A stretch of DNA of 32,000 nt from Vibrio vulnificus CMCP6 (GCF_000039765.1 NC_004459.3:240001-272000); one strand, 5' to 3'; counted from the stretch's first letter, positions 13,076 through 22,142 are shown. Translations and numbers: made by a program. Notes: generated from the sequence alone by a model not told the origin.

Positions 13076-13124
13076 GTTCCCAACGAGACAGCGATGAAAC
13101 GAAAGGAACGGAAAACATGGTTTT

Positions 13125-13201
13125 GGCTACGTAGCTCAGCTGGTTAGAGCACATCACTCATAATGATGGGGTCACAGGTTCGAATCCCGTCGTAGCCACC
13201 A
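13125..13201 (+). tRNA. tRNA-Met (CAT), copy 1
   Basis: 77-nt ggctacgtagctcagctggttagagcacatcactCATaatgatgg...gtagccacca; acceptor, anticodon and T-arm complementarity; encoded CCA. Confidence 0.95.
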
Positions 13202-13239
13202 TCCCTAAGAACTTTTTTAAAGAGTTATTAGGAATAGTT

Positions 13240-13324
13240 GCGGAAGTGGCGAAATTGGTAGACGCACCAGATTTAGGTTCTGGCGCCGCGAGGTGTGAGA
13301 GTTCGAGTCTCTCCTTCCGCACCA
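13240..13324 (+). tRNA. tRNA-Leu (TAG), copy 1
   Basis: 85-nt gcggaag...ccagattTAGgttctgg...cttccgcacca with a long variable arm. Confidence 0.95.
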
Positions 13325-13334
13325 TGTTTTCAGC

Positions 13335-13409
13335 AGGTCTATCGCCAAGCGGTAAGGCAGCGGCTTTTGATGCCGCCATTCCCTGGTTCGAATCCAGGTA
13401 GACCTGCCA
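13335..13409 (+). tRNA. tRNA-Gln (TTG), copy 1
   Basis: 75-nt aggtcta...gcttTTGatgc...tagacctgcca. Confidence 0.95.
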
Positions 13410-13486
13410 ACTATTTAAGTGAAAACCTTTTATAAAGGGGTTGTCACTGAGAGAGAGAATAGTTATATTGTCTCGCTCCAAAAGAT

Positions 13487-13563
13487 GGCTACGTAGCTCA
13501 GCTGGTTAGAGCACATCACTCATAATGATGGGGTCACAGGTTCGAATCCCGTCGTAGCCACCA
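13487..13563 (+). tRNA. tRNA-Met (CAT), copy 2
   Basis: Same 77-nt sequence as copy 1. Confidence 0.95.
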
Positions 13564-13605
13564 TTCCTAAACATTCTCTTCATTGAGAGTTTTTAGGAAT
13601 AAAAT

Positions 13606-13690
13606 GCGGAAGTGGCGAAATTGGTAGACGCACCAGATTTAGGTTCTGGCGCCGCAAGGTGTGAGAGTTCGAGTCTCTCCTTCCGCACCA
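13606..13690 (+). tRNA. tRNA-Leu (TAG), copy 2
   Basis: 85 nt; variable-arm loop GCAA instead of GCGA. Confidence 0.95.
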
Positions 13691-13744
13691 TTATTTAAGT
13701 TTCTAGTCGATGATTAGAAACGGATAGTGAAAGCTATCAACTGC

Positions 13745-13819
13745 AGGTCTATCGCCAAGCGGTAAGGCAGCGGCTTTTGATGCCGCCATTCCCTGGTTCG
13801 AATCCAGGTAGACCTGCCA
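13745..13819 (+). tRNA. tRNA-Gln (TTG), copy 2
   Basis: Same 75-nt sequence as copy 1. Confidence 0.95.
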
Positions 13820-13864
13820 CTATTTAGCTATTGAGATGATTATCTTAATTAGCAGACAATTTAT

Positions 13865-13949
13865 GCGGAAGTGGCGAAATTGGTAGACGCACCAGATTTA
13901 GGTTCTGGCGCCGCGAGGTGTGAGAGTTCGAGTCTCTCCTTCCGCACCA
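13865..13949 (+). tRNA. tRNA-Leu (TAG), copy 3
   Basis: 85 nt; variable-arm loop GCGA. Confidence 0.95.
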
Positions 13950-13960
13950 TAAATTGTTGT

Positions 13961-14037
13961 GGCTACGTAGCTCAGCTGGTTAGAGCACATCACTCATAAT
14001 GATGGGGTCACAGGTTCGAATCCCGTCGTAGCCACCA
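13961..14037 (+). tRNA. tRNA-Met (CAT), copy 3
   Basis: Same 77-nt sequence; only 11 nt after Leu copy 3. Confidence 0.95.
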
Positions 14038-14081
14038 TTCCTAAACATTCTCTTCATTGAGAGTTTTTAGGAATAAATAAT

Positions 14082-14166
14082 GCGGAAGTGGCGAAATTGG
14101 TAGACGCACCAGATTTAGGTTCTGGCGCCGCAAGGTGTGAGAGTTCGAGTCTCTCCTTCCGCACCA
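14082..14166 (+). tRNA. tRNA-Leu (TAG), copy 4
   Basis: 85 nt; variable-arm loop GCAA. Confidence 0.95.
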
Positions 14167-14220
14167 TTATTTACGTTTCTGAGCAATGTTCAGAAACCGA
14201 TAGCGTAAGCTGTCAGCTGT

Positions 14221-14295
14221 AGGTCTATCGCCAAGCGGTAAGGCAGCGGCTTTTGATGCCGCCATTCCCTGGTTCGAATCCAGGTAGACCTGCCA
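14221..14295 (+). tRNA. tRNA-Gln (TTG), copy 3
   Basis: Same 75-nt sequence. Confidence 0.95.
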
Positions 14296-14339
14296 CTATT
14301 TAGCTATTAAGACAATGTCTTGATGCATGAAAATTCGAT

Positions 14340-14424
14340 GCGGAAGTGGCGAAATTGGTAGACGCACCACATTTAGGTTCTGGCGCCGATAGGTGTGAGA
14401 GTTCGAGTCTCTCCTTCCGCACCA
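14340..14424 (+). tRNA. tRNA-Leu (TAG), copy 5, divergent (anticodon-stem mismatch)
   Basis: 85 nt; caccaC at 14370 where the other copies have caccaG, and gccgAT at 14389-14390 where the others have gccgCG or gccgCA. Confidence 0.85.
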
Positions 14425-14479
14425 TCGAATTTCTTTTCTAAGCGAACACTTAGAAAACGATAGCAAAGCTGTCATCTGT

Positions 14480-14554
14480 AGGTCTATCGCCAAGCGGTAA
14501 GGCAGCGGCTTTTGATGCCGCCATTCCCTGGTTCGAATCCAGGTAGACCTGCCA
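14480..14554 (+). tRNA. tRNA-Gln (TTG), copy 4
   Basis: Same 75-nt sequence. Confidence 0.95.
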
Positions 14555-14599
14555 CTCATTCGTTATTAAGACTCTGTTTTGATAACAACACAAATCGAT

Positions 14600-14684
14600 G
14601 CGGAAGTGGCGAAATTGGTAGACGCACCAGATTTAGGTTCTGGCGCCGCGAGGTGTGAGAGTTCGAGTCTCTCCTTCCGCACCA
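14600..14684 (+). tRNA. tRNA-Leu (TAG), copy 6
   Basis: 85 nt; variable-arm loop GCGA. Confidence 0.95.
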
Positions 14685-14740
14685 TCGATTTGAATTCTAA
14701 GCAACGACTTAGAAAACACGATAGCAATGCTGTCATCTGC

Positions 14741-14815
14741 AGGTCTATCGCCAAGCGGTAAGGCAGCGGCTTTTGATGCCGCCATTCCCTGGTTCGAATC
14801 CAGGTAGACCTGCCA
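14741..14815 (+). tRNA. tRNA-Gln (TTG), copy 5
   Basis: Same 75-nt sequence. Confidence 0.95.
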
Positions 14816-14859
14816 CTATTTAGCTATTAAGACGTTGTCTTGAAAGCACACAATTTGAT

Positions 14860-14944
14860 GCGGAAGTGGCGAAATTGGTAGACGCACCAGATTTAGGTTC
14901 TGGCGCCGCGAGGTGTGAGAGTTCGAGTCTCTCCTTCCGCACCA
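14860..14944 (+). tRNA. tRNA-Leu (TAG), copy 7
   Basis: 85 nt; variable-arm loop GCGA; last gene of the array. Confidence 0.95.
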
Positions 14945-14952
14945 TCATTGAA

Positions 14953-14980
14953 CAAAACCCAGCTTAGGCTGGGTTTTGTT
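14953..14980 (+). terminator. Terminator of the tRNA operon
   Basis: AAAACCCAGC-ttag-GCTGGGTTTTGTTTT, 9 nt after the last tRNA. Confidence 0.85.
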
Positions 14981-15026
14981 TTATCTGACGTTCTTATCTT
15001 CATTACATTGTTCATTGTTTGTGAAA

Positions 15027-15056
15027 ACAAAAAAAAAGCGAACTCGATGAGTCCGC
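15027..15056 (-). terminator. Intrinsic terminator downstream of ubiF
   Basis: Minus strand reads GCGGACTC-atc-GAGTTCGC followed by TTTTTTTTT (one internal mismatch). Confidence 0.75.
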
Positions 15057-15105
15057 TTTCCTTTCCTGATACAAACGCTCGTTTATGAGCCCTCTCCCAA
15101 TGCCA

Positions 15106-16254
15106 TCACATTCCTAGCGCATATTTCAACACTTGATGTTTGATAGGCCCAGAGTGCTCAGCCAACTTGAGGGCTGCGTTACGAACCAATTTTAATGGGG
15201 TGATATCGTTACTAAAGCCTTTGTAGAACAGATCCATCCCAGTTTGCATTAGCAAGTTGTCCGCATAGCGTGCTTTCTGATAGGCCGCTTGTTGAGCCAC
15301 TGTCAAAGGTTGGTTTTCCGTCGCCTTGAGTAACGCTTCAACGTCTTTAAAACCAAGATTGACGCCTTGGCCGGCTAATGGATTGATCGTGTGGGCCGCA
15401 TCCCCAAGCAACAAACAATTTTGTTGATAATAGGCTTGTGCATGTCGTCGGGTTAATGGGAAAGAATCCCAGTACAACACGTCAAACTCTCCCAATTCAT
15501 CAGGGAAATGACGAATAATTTCCTGTTTCAGCTTTTCTGCGCTCATGGCTGACAATTCGCGAATACGTTTGGGTGAATCGTACCAAACCAAAGAACCTTG
15601 CTGGCCTTTCAATGGCAAAAAAGATCGTGGGCCACTTGGGGTAAATTGCTGCCAAGTGATCGCCTGTTGCGCAGATTCCGTCGCAATATTGATCAACATA
15701 CAATGCTGGCGATAATCCCATGCGGTAATGCCAATGCCAGCCAACTCACGCACCTGAGAGTTGGCACCATCTGCGCCAATGACCCAAGAGGCTTCAATTT
15801 CTAAACCACTCTCAAGCGTCAACGTGTTGAACTCATCGAACTCAAGACGCTTCAGTTTATCTGGGCATTGCAGAGTCAAATTCGGGTACTGAGCAAACTC
15901 TTGCCACAACCCCAATTGAATGAGACGGTTTTCCACAATGTAACCTAGCTGCTCCAAATTGAGTTCATCGCTGTGAAAACGTGTACGACATTCTGGGTGC
16001 TCCCAGGTTTCTAACCGTTTGTAGGGGCAAACTCGAGTTGCTTGAATATGTTGCCAGGCCCCTAGCGATTCCAGCAAACGCACGGAGTTGTGGGAAATGG
16101 CGGACACTCGGATGTCCATCGGTTGGCTTGCTTCAAACGCTTTCGGCTCAAACCCTTCAACCACGATGACTTTTCTGCCTTGTTTGGCAAATCCGATGGC
16201 CACAGCCGCACCTACCATGCCGCCACCGACGACGGCAATGTCGTATTTATTCAT
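15106..16254 (-). CDS. ubiF: FAD-dependent 3-demethoxyubiquinol 3-hydroxylase (UbiF-like)
   Basis: MNKYDIAVVGGGMVGAAVAIGFAKQG (FAD GxGxxG), DIRVSAIS and LLLGDAAHTINPLAGQGVNLGFKD; adjacent to the tRNA array and miaB as in E. coli. Start refined from 16326 to 16254. Confidence 0.88.
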   Translation of the reverse strand: MNKYDIAVVGGGMVGAAVAIGFAKQGRKVIVVEGFEPKAFEASQPMDIRVSAISHNSVRLLESLGAWQHIQATRVCPYKRLETWEHPECRTRFHSDELNLEQLGYIVENRLIQLGLWQEFAQYPNLTLQCPDKLKRLEFDEFNTLTLESGLEIEASWVIGADGANSQVRELAGIGITAWDYRQHCMLINIATESAQQAITWQQFTPSGPRSFLPLKGQQGSLVWYDSPKRIRELSAMSAEKLKQEIIRHFPDELGEFDVLYWDSFPLTRRHAQAYYQQNCLLLGDAAHTINPLAGQGVNLGFKDVEALLKATENQPLTVAQQAAYQKARYADNLLMQTGMDLFYKGFSNDITPLKLVRNAALKLAEHSGPIKHQVLKYALGM

Positions 16255-16560
16255 CTTGTACTCTTGATCAACTTGATTCAAAGACGGTTTTGCATTGTAC
16301 GTTTTACTGGCAAGTTTGCGAAACACTTTGTCCCTATCAAGCGGCTTAGGTCACTCAGTTTCCATCGACAAAAACCTTAGAAAACCAAGGCGAAATACCT
16401 GACAAGACCCTAGATAAAATCAGGCTTTGCGAAGAATTCACCAGATCACTAGTCAGTAGGTTTTTAAAGCAGTACAATACGCCGCTTACCGCCGTGATGG
16501 CGGCTATACTTTGAACAATTTGTTCAACGAATTTTTAGTATTAACACGAGCGAAAGTGAG

Positions 16561-17985
16561 ATGAGTAAGAAACTGCTAATTAAAACCTGGGGTTGCCAGA
16601 TGAACGAATACGATTCATCGAAAATGGCGGATCTGCTGAACGCAGCAAATGGCTACGAATTGACAGAAGAACCAGAAGAAGCAGATGTTCTATTACTTAA
16701 CACCTGTTCGATCCGTGAAAAGGCGCAAGAAAAAGTGTTCCACCAGCTTGGCCGTTGGAAAACACTCAAAGATAAAAAGCCAGGCGTCGTGATCGGTGTT
16801 GGTGGTTGTGTAGCAACACAGGAAGGCGATCACATTCGTGAACGTGCACCTTTTGTTGACGTTATCTTTGGCCCGCAAACCTTGCACCGTCTTCCTGAAA
16901 TGATCAAACAATCACAAAGTGAAGATGCACCAGTGATGGACATTTCATTCCCAGAAATCGAGAAGTTTGACAGTCTGCCAGAACCACGTGCAGAAGGCGC
17001 AACCGCATTCGTTTCTATCATGGAAGGCTGTTCTAAGTACTGTACTTACTGCGTAGTGCCTTACACTCGTGGTGAAGAAGTCAGCCGCCCAATGGACGAT
17101 GTGCTTTACGAAATCGCGCAACTTGCCGAGCAAGGTGTTCGCGAAGTCAACCTGCTAGGCCAAAACGTAAACGCATACCGTGGCCCAACGCACGATGGTG
17201 AAATCTGTTCTTTTGCAGAACTGCTTCGCCTTGTTGCGTCTATCGATGGTATCGACCGTATTCGCTTTACCACCAGCCACCCACTTGAGTTCACCGATGA
17301 TATCATCGCTGTCTACGAAGATACGCCAGAGCTGGTGAGCTTCCTTCATCTACCAGTACAAAGTGGTAGCGATCGCATTCTGACGATGATGAAGCGTCCT
17401 CACACTGGCATCGAATACAAGTCGATCATTCGTAAACTGCGTAAAGCGCGTCCTGATATCCAAATCAGTTCTGACTTTATTGTTGGCTTCCCAGGTGAAA
17501 GCGACAAAGATTTCCAAGACACCATGAAGCTGATCAAAGATGTCGACTTTGACATGAGCTTCAGCTTCATCTTCTCTCCTCGCCCTGGTACTCCTGCGGC
17601 AGATTACCCATGTGATCTTTCAGAAGAGACGAAGAAAGAGCGCTTGTACGAACTGCAACAACAAATCAACGCACAAGCCATGCGTTACTCTCGCCTCATG
17701 CTAGGCACAGAGCAGCGTGTACTGGTTGAAGGCCCTTCTAAGAAGAACTTGATGGAGCTACGTGCTCGTACAGAAAACAACCGTGTAGTAAACTTTGAAG
17801 GTAGCGCAGATCTGATTGGTCAGTTCGTTGATGTGAAAATTACCGATGTATTTGCGAACTCACTGCGTGGTGAGATTGTACGTACTGAAAAAGATATGGA
17901 CCTACGTAGCGTGATTTCGCCAACACAAATGATGGCCAAAACACGCCGCGAAGATGAGCTAGGTGTAGCGACATTTACGCCATAA
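16561..17985 (+). CDS. miaB: tRNA-2-methylthio-N6-dimethylallyladenosine synthase
   Basis: [26 protein letters not shown]..., [15 protein letters not shown] radical-SAM motif, C-terminal TRAM region. Confidence 0.97.
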   Translation: MSKKLLIKTWGCQMNEYDSSKMADLLNAANGYELTEEPEEADVLLLNTCSIREKAQEKVFHQLGRWKTLKDKKPGVVIGVGGCVATQEGDHIRERAPFVDVIFGPQTLHRLPEMIKQSQSEDAPVMDISFPEIEKFDSLPEPRAEGATAFVSIMEGCSKYCTYCVVPYTRGEEVSRPMDDVLYEIAQLAEQGVREVNLLGQNVNAYRGPTHDGEICSFAELLRLVASIDGIDRIRFTTSHPLEFTDDIIAVYEDTPELVSFLHLPVQSGSDRILTMMKRPHTGIEYKSIIRKLRKARPDIQISSDFIVGFPGESDKDFQDTMKLIKDVDFDMSFSFIFSPRPGTPAADYPCDLSEETKKERLYELQQQINAQAMRYSRLMLGTEQRVLVEGPSKKNLMELRARTENNRVVNFEGSADLIGQFVDVKITDVFANSLRGEIVRTEKDMDLRSVISPTQMMAKTRREDELGVATFTP

Positions 17986-18058
17986 GCTCGTATTAATCGC
18001 CATTGAGAGCCTGGTTGTTATCAGGCTCTCGTTAAGTGGCAGACAATGAGAGGCAACA

Positions 18059-19171
18059 TTGAGCAATAAAATCGTCACTCTAGAGATTAACCTAGAACCC
18101 TCCGATAACCGCCGTCTTGCAAGCTTGTGCGGTCCTTTTGATGAAAATATCAAACACTTAGAACGTCGACTCGGCGTTGAAATCAGTTACCGTGGCAACT
18201 TTTTTACCATCGTTGGTAAACCCCACACATCCGCCGCCGCGCTCGATATCATTAAAACGCTTTACGTTGAAACCGCGACGGTTCGCGGCCAAATTAAAGA
18301 CGTTGAACCTGAAGATATCCACCTTGCGATCAAAGAATCTGGTGTGCTTGAACAAAACCAAGAATCGGCCATCGCGCATGGTAAAGAAGTGTTTGTTAAA
18401 ACCAAGAAAGGGGTGATCAAACCTCGCACGCCGAATCAGGCGCAATACTTGGTCAATATGGTCACGCACGACATCACTTTCGGTATTGGCCCTGCTGGTA
18501 CGGGTAAAACCTATCTTGCAGTTGCTGCAGCTGTCGATGCGCTAGAGCGTCAAGAGATCCGCCGCATTCTGCTCACTCGTCCTGCGGTTGAAGCAGGTGA
18601 AAAACTCGGTTTCCTACCGGGTGATTTGAGTCAGAAAGTCGATCCTTATTTACGCCCGCTTTACGATGCATTGTTTGAAATGCTCGGTTTTGAACGGGTT
18701 GAAAAGCTGATTGAGCGTAACGTCATCGAAGTGGCACCACTGGCATACATGCGTGGTCGCACACTCAACGATGCCTTCATCATTCTCGATGAGAGCCAAA
18801 ACACCACAGTAGAACAGATGAAAATGTTCCTGACCCGTATCGGCTTTAACTCTCGCGCCGTGATCACAGGGGATGTCACGCAGATTGACTTACCTCGCGG
18901 TGCAAAATCTGGCCTTCGTCATGCCATCGAAGTGCTCAATGAAGTGGAAGAGATCAGCTTTAACTTCTTCCAATCCGATGACGTCGTTCGCCACCCAGTC
19001 GTCGCGCGCATCGTCAATGCCTACGAGAAGTGGGAAGCACAAGACCAAAAAGAGCGTAAAGAGTTTGAACAACGTCGCCGAGAAGAGCGCGATGCCAAAC
19101 TGCTTGAAGCCGCCAAAGCCGAGCTTTCTGCACAAATCAGCGCGGATAAGGAAACCACACATGGCAATTGA
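18059..19171 (+). CDS. ybeZ: PhoH-family ATPase (YbeZ)
   Basis: TTG start preceded by AGAGGC; [19 protein letters not shown] Walker A; miaB-ybeZ-ybeY-ybeX order. Confidence 0.93.
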   Translation: MSNKIVTLEINLEPSDNRRLASLCGPFDENIKHLERRLGVEISYRGNFFTIVGKPHTSAAALDIIKTLYVETATVRGQIKDVEPEDIHLAIKESGVLEQNQESAIAHGKEVFVKTKKGVIKPRTPNQAQYLVNMVTHDITFGIGPAGTGKTYLAVAAAVDALERQEIRRILLTRPAVEAGEKLGFLPGDLSQKVDPYLRPLYDALFEMLGFERVEKLIERNVIEVAPLAYMRGRTLNDAFIILDESQNTTVEQMKMFLTRIGFNSRAVITGDVTQIDLPRGAKSGLRHAIEVLNEVEEISFNFFQSDDVVRHPVVARIVNAYEKWEAQDQKERKEFEQRRREERDAKLLEAAKAELSAQISADKETTHGN

Positions 19172-19625
19172 ACTGGATCTGCAACTGGCGGTCGAAGATC
19201 AAAACGGCCTACCTAGTGCGCAAGATTTCCAAACCTGGCTGGACAAGACCATTCCGCCGTTTCAGCCACAGGCAGAAGTCACGATTCGCATCGTTGATAG
19301 CCAAGAGAGCCATCAGCTGAATCACGATTATCGTGGTAAAGATAAGCCCACTAACGTGCTTTCTTTTCCGTTTGAAGCGCCCCCTGGAATGGAAATGGAT
19401 TTGTTGGGTGATTTGGTTATTTGTCGCCAAGTGGTTGAACAAGAAGCCATAGACCAAGACAAACCCCTGATGGCACATTGGGCGCATATGGTTGTACATG
19501 GTAGCTTGCATCTGTTAGGTTATGACCATATTGAGGACGACGAAGCTGAAGAGATGGAGTCCCTCGAAACAGAAATAATGCAAGGTATGGGATTTACTGA
19601 CCCATACTTAGCAGAAAAAGAGTGA
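19161..19625 (+). CDS. ybeY: Endoribonuclease YbeY (rRNA maturation factor)
   Basis: [14 protein letters not shown]...[25 protein letters not shown] (H-x3-H-x5-H metal site). ATG at 19161 overlaps the ybeZ stop by 11 nt. Confidence 0.95.
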   Translation: MAIELDLQLAVEDQNGLPSAQDFQTWLDKTIPPFQPQAEVTIRIVDSQESHQLNHDYRGKDKPTNVLSFPFEAPPGMEMDLLGDLVICRQVVEQEAIDQDKPLMAHWAHMVVHGSLHLLGYDHIEDDEAEEMESLETEIMQGMGFTDPYLAEKE

Positions 19626-19703
19626 GCATTCGATACGCACTAGCGCGTTGAATGCCAAATGTGTGCTATCACACATCTGATAGCGTTACTTAATAGAGAA
19701 ACA

Positions 19704-20579
19704 ATGAACGACGACAATTCTCAAAATTCAGAAGGTCCGAGTAGAAAGTCCTTCTTCGGACGCCTGGGTCAATTATTTCAGGGTGAGCCTAAAGATCGCC
19801 AAGAGTTAGTGGATGTTATCCGAGATTCTGAAGTAAATGACCTGATTGACCATGACACTCGAGATATGCTCGAAGGTGTGATGGAAATTGCTGAAATGCG
19901 CGTTAGGGACATCATGATCCCTCGCTCGCAAATGGTCACCATCGAGAGAAAAGACAATCTCGATTCACTTATCGCACTGATCACTGATGCGCAACACTCG
20001 CGCTACCCAGTTATCAGTGAAGATAAAGACCATGTAGAAGGCATCCTACTTGCGAAGGACTTACTCAAATACTTAGGCTCAGACAGTGCTCCATTTGATA
20101 TCGAAGAGGTTATCCGCCCAGCGGTCGTGGTTCCTGAAAGTAAGCGAGTCGATCGCCTACTGAAAGAATTCCGCCAAGAACGTTATCACATGGCCATTGT
20201 TGTTGATGAATTTGGTGGCGTCTCCGGCCTTGTCACCATCGAAGATATTCTTGAAGAAATTGTTGGGGATATCGAAGATGAGTTCGACGAAGAGGAAGAT
20301 GCAGATATTCGTAAACTCAGCAAGCATACTTATGCGGTCAAAGCATTGACCACCATTGAAGAGTTTAACGAAACCTTTGGCAGTCGTTTTAGCGATGAAG
20401 AAGTGGATACAGTGGGTGGTTTGGTGATGACAGCCTTTGGTCACTTACCAACTCGTGGCGAGATCGTAGAAATTGATGGTTTCAATTTCAAAGTGACCGC
20501 CGCCGATAACCGTCGTGTTATCCAGTTACAAGTCACCGTGCCTGACTCGGTTTCTGTTGCAGAAACCACTCCAGAGTAA
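19704..20579 (+). CDS. corC: CBS-domain/CorC_HlyC family protein (YbeX/CorC)
   Basis: [43 protein letters not shown]...MIPRSQM; start refined from 19659. Confidence 0.92.
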   Translation: MNDDNSQNSEGPSRKSFFGRLGQLFQGEPKDRQELVDVIRDSEVNDLIDHDTRDMLEGVMEIAEMRVRDIMIPRSQMVTIERKDNLDSLIALITDAQHSRYPVISEDKDHVEGILLAKDLLKYLGSDSAPFDIEEVIRPAVVVPESKRVDRLLKEFRQERYHMAIVVDEFGGVSGLVTIEDILEEIVGDIEDEFDEEEDADIRKLSKHTYAVKALTTIEEFNETFGSRFSDEEVDTVGGLVMTAFGHLPTRGEIVEIDGFNFKVTAADNRRVIQLQVTVPDSVSVAETTPE

Positions 20580-20621
20580 CGATAACCGCCTCTGCAAAGA
20601 GGAATATCAGACGAACGATAG

Positions 20622-22142
20622 ATGAAAAATACCCTATTTCATCGCCTCAAGCGGCCCATTGCGGCCGCTTTTGTTGGCGCTCTCACTACGCTTGCCTTTG
20701 CACCTTACCAAATTTGGTTAGTTGCGCTTATTACACCAGCCCTGTTACTTATCCTTATCCATGGTCAATCACGTCGACAAGCTCTGTGGACGGGGTACGC
20801 GTGGGGATTCGGGCAGTTTGCCTCTGGTATTAGCTGGGTCTACGTCAGTATCGCAGGCTTTGGTGGCATGCCTCTGGCGGCTAACCTCTTTTTGATGGGG
20901 GCACTCATCGCCTATCTGGCCATCTACCCTGCACTCTTCACTTGGAGCTACCAACGCTTTTTTGCCAAAGCAACCTTGCTCAACTTGTTGCTTGCCGCGC
21001 CAGCCCTGTGGTTAATAGCAGACTGGCTGCGTGGCTGGGTGATGACGGGCTTCCCTTGGCTGTGGCTCGGTTACAGTCAAATCGATTCACCTCTGGCGAG
21101 TTTCGCTCCAATTGGTGGTGTTGAGCTGCTTACGCTACTGCTTTTGGTCGGTGCAGGTGCGATCGCCTATGCGGTAATTCATAAACGTTGGTCAATGCTA
21201 CTCATCCCAACGGTGTTACTCAGCACGGGTTATGGCTTATCACACTGGGACTGGGTCACACCGCAACCGGACAAAACCACCAAAGTGGCGCTTATCCAAG
21301 GCAATGTCGACCAAAACTTAAAATGGTTACCAAGCCAACGCTGGCCAACCATTATGAAGTACACCGATTTGAGCCGTGAAAACTGGGACGCAGATATTAT
21401 TATTTGGCCAGAGGCTGCCATTCCAGCGTTTGAAGTCGAGTTGCCCTCCTACCTGAGTAATTTGGACAGTGCGGCAAAAATGAATCAAAGCGCGATCATC
21501 AGTGGCATTGTCAATCAAGCCGAAGATGGTCAGTTTTACAACAGCATTCTTGCCGTCGGCCTGACGCCTTATGGGGATTACTCTTTTGATCTCACTGAGC
21601 GTTATCATAAGCATCACCTGCTGCCGTTCGGTGAGTTTGTCCCGTTTGAGCAAATTTTGCGTCCATTAGCACCGTTTTTTAATTTGCCCATGTCATCATT
21701 TAGCCGTGGTGATTTTGTTCAGCCTAATATCGTGGCAAATGGCCATCCAATGGCGCCAGCGCTGTGTTACGAAATTATCTTTAACGAGCAAGTAAGGCAA
21801 AACGTTACCGACGACACCGATTTCCTTTTGACTCTATCAAACGACGCTTGGTTTGGTCGTTCAATTGGCCCCTTGCAACACATGGAAATCGCGCGAATGC
21901 GTGCTCTCGAGCTGGGCAAACCGCTGATTCGTTCCACCAATAATGGTTTAACGGCCGTTACTGACCATAGAGGTAAAATTATCGCCTCTATTCCACAGTT
22001 TGAAACGGCGGTACTACGGGCAGAGCTTACGCCAACCCAAGGACAAACGCCCTATCATCAACTAGGCAGCTGGCCACTCTACATTTGGGTAGCTTTGTCA
22101 CTCGCTCTCGCATGGTGGCGAAAACGCCGCACGAATGCTTAG
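20622..22142 (+). CDS. lnt: Apolipoprotein N-acyltransferase
   Basis: 506-aa multi-TM N-terminus plus nitrilase-like domain ([27 protein letters not shown]). Confidence 0.95.
   Translation: MKNTLFHRLKRPIAAAFVGALTTLAFAPYQIWLVALITPALLLILIHGQSRRQALWTGYAWGFGQFASGISWVYVSIAGFGGMPLAANLFLMGALIAYLAIYPALFTWSYQRFFAKATLLNLLLAAPALWLIADWLRGWVMTGFPWLWLGYSQIDSPLASFAPIGGVELLTLLLLVGAGAIAYAVIHKRWSMLLIPTVLLSTGYGLSHWDWVTPQPDKTTKVALIQGNVDQNLKWLPSQRWPTIMKYTDLSRENWDADIIIWPEAAIPAFEVELPSYLSNLDSAAKMNQSAIISGIVNQAEDGQFYNSILAVGLTPYGDYSFDLTERYHKHHLLPFGEFVPFEQILRPLAPFFNLPMSSFSRGDFVQPNIVANGHPMAPALCYEIIFNEQVRQNVTDDTDFLLTLSNDAWFGRSIGPLQHMEIARMRALELGKPLIRSTNNGLTAVTDHRGKIIASIPQFETAVLRAELTPTQGQTPYHQLGSWPLYIWVALSLALAWWRKRRTNA

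Larger units (their letters stand above)
14082..14944 (+). repeat. Tandem repeat of a ~260-bp [tRNA-Leu - spacer - tRNA-Gln - spacer] unit
   Basis: Leu starts at 14082, 14340, 14600, 14860 (258, 260, 260 bp apart); Gln starts at 14221, 14480, 14741 (259, 261 bp apart). Confidence 0.85.

Noticed and set aside
12953-13147. 64-aa plus-strand ORF before the tRNA array
   Set aside because: It spans the tRNA promoter and runs into tRNA-Met copy 1; no RBS or recognisable product.
14296-14754. Minus-strand ORFs 14296-14559 and 14566-14754, sharing the segment MRKERLELSHLAAPEPKSGASTN or RRDSNSHTYRRQNLN
   Set aside because: They are antisense translations of the tRNA-Leu/tRNA-Gln repeats. Peptides of this kind are common spurious annotations over tRNA genes. 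The same applies to 13158-13481 and 14579-14761.
13125-14944. Could the regularly spaced repeats be a CRISPR array or integron attC/VCR cassettes?
   Set aside because: The 'repeats' are complete tRNA genes (75, 77, 85 nt) with canonical arms and CCA ends. There is no CRISPR-like ~28-37-nt repeat and no attC core-site architecture.
13125-14944. tRNA genes as an integration site for a genomic island or prophage
   Set aside because: No integrase, no partial tRNA duplicate flanking foreign DNA, and core genes (ychF, ubiF) lie directly on both sides.
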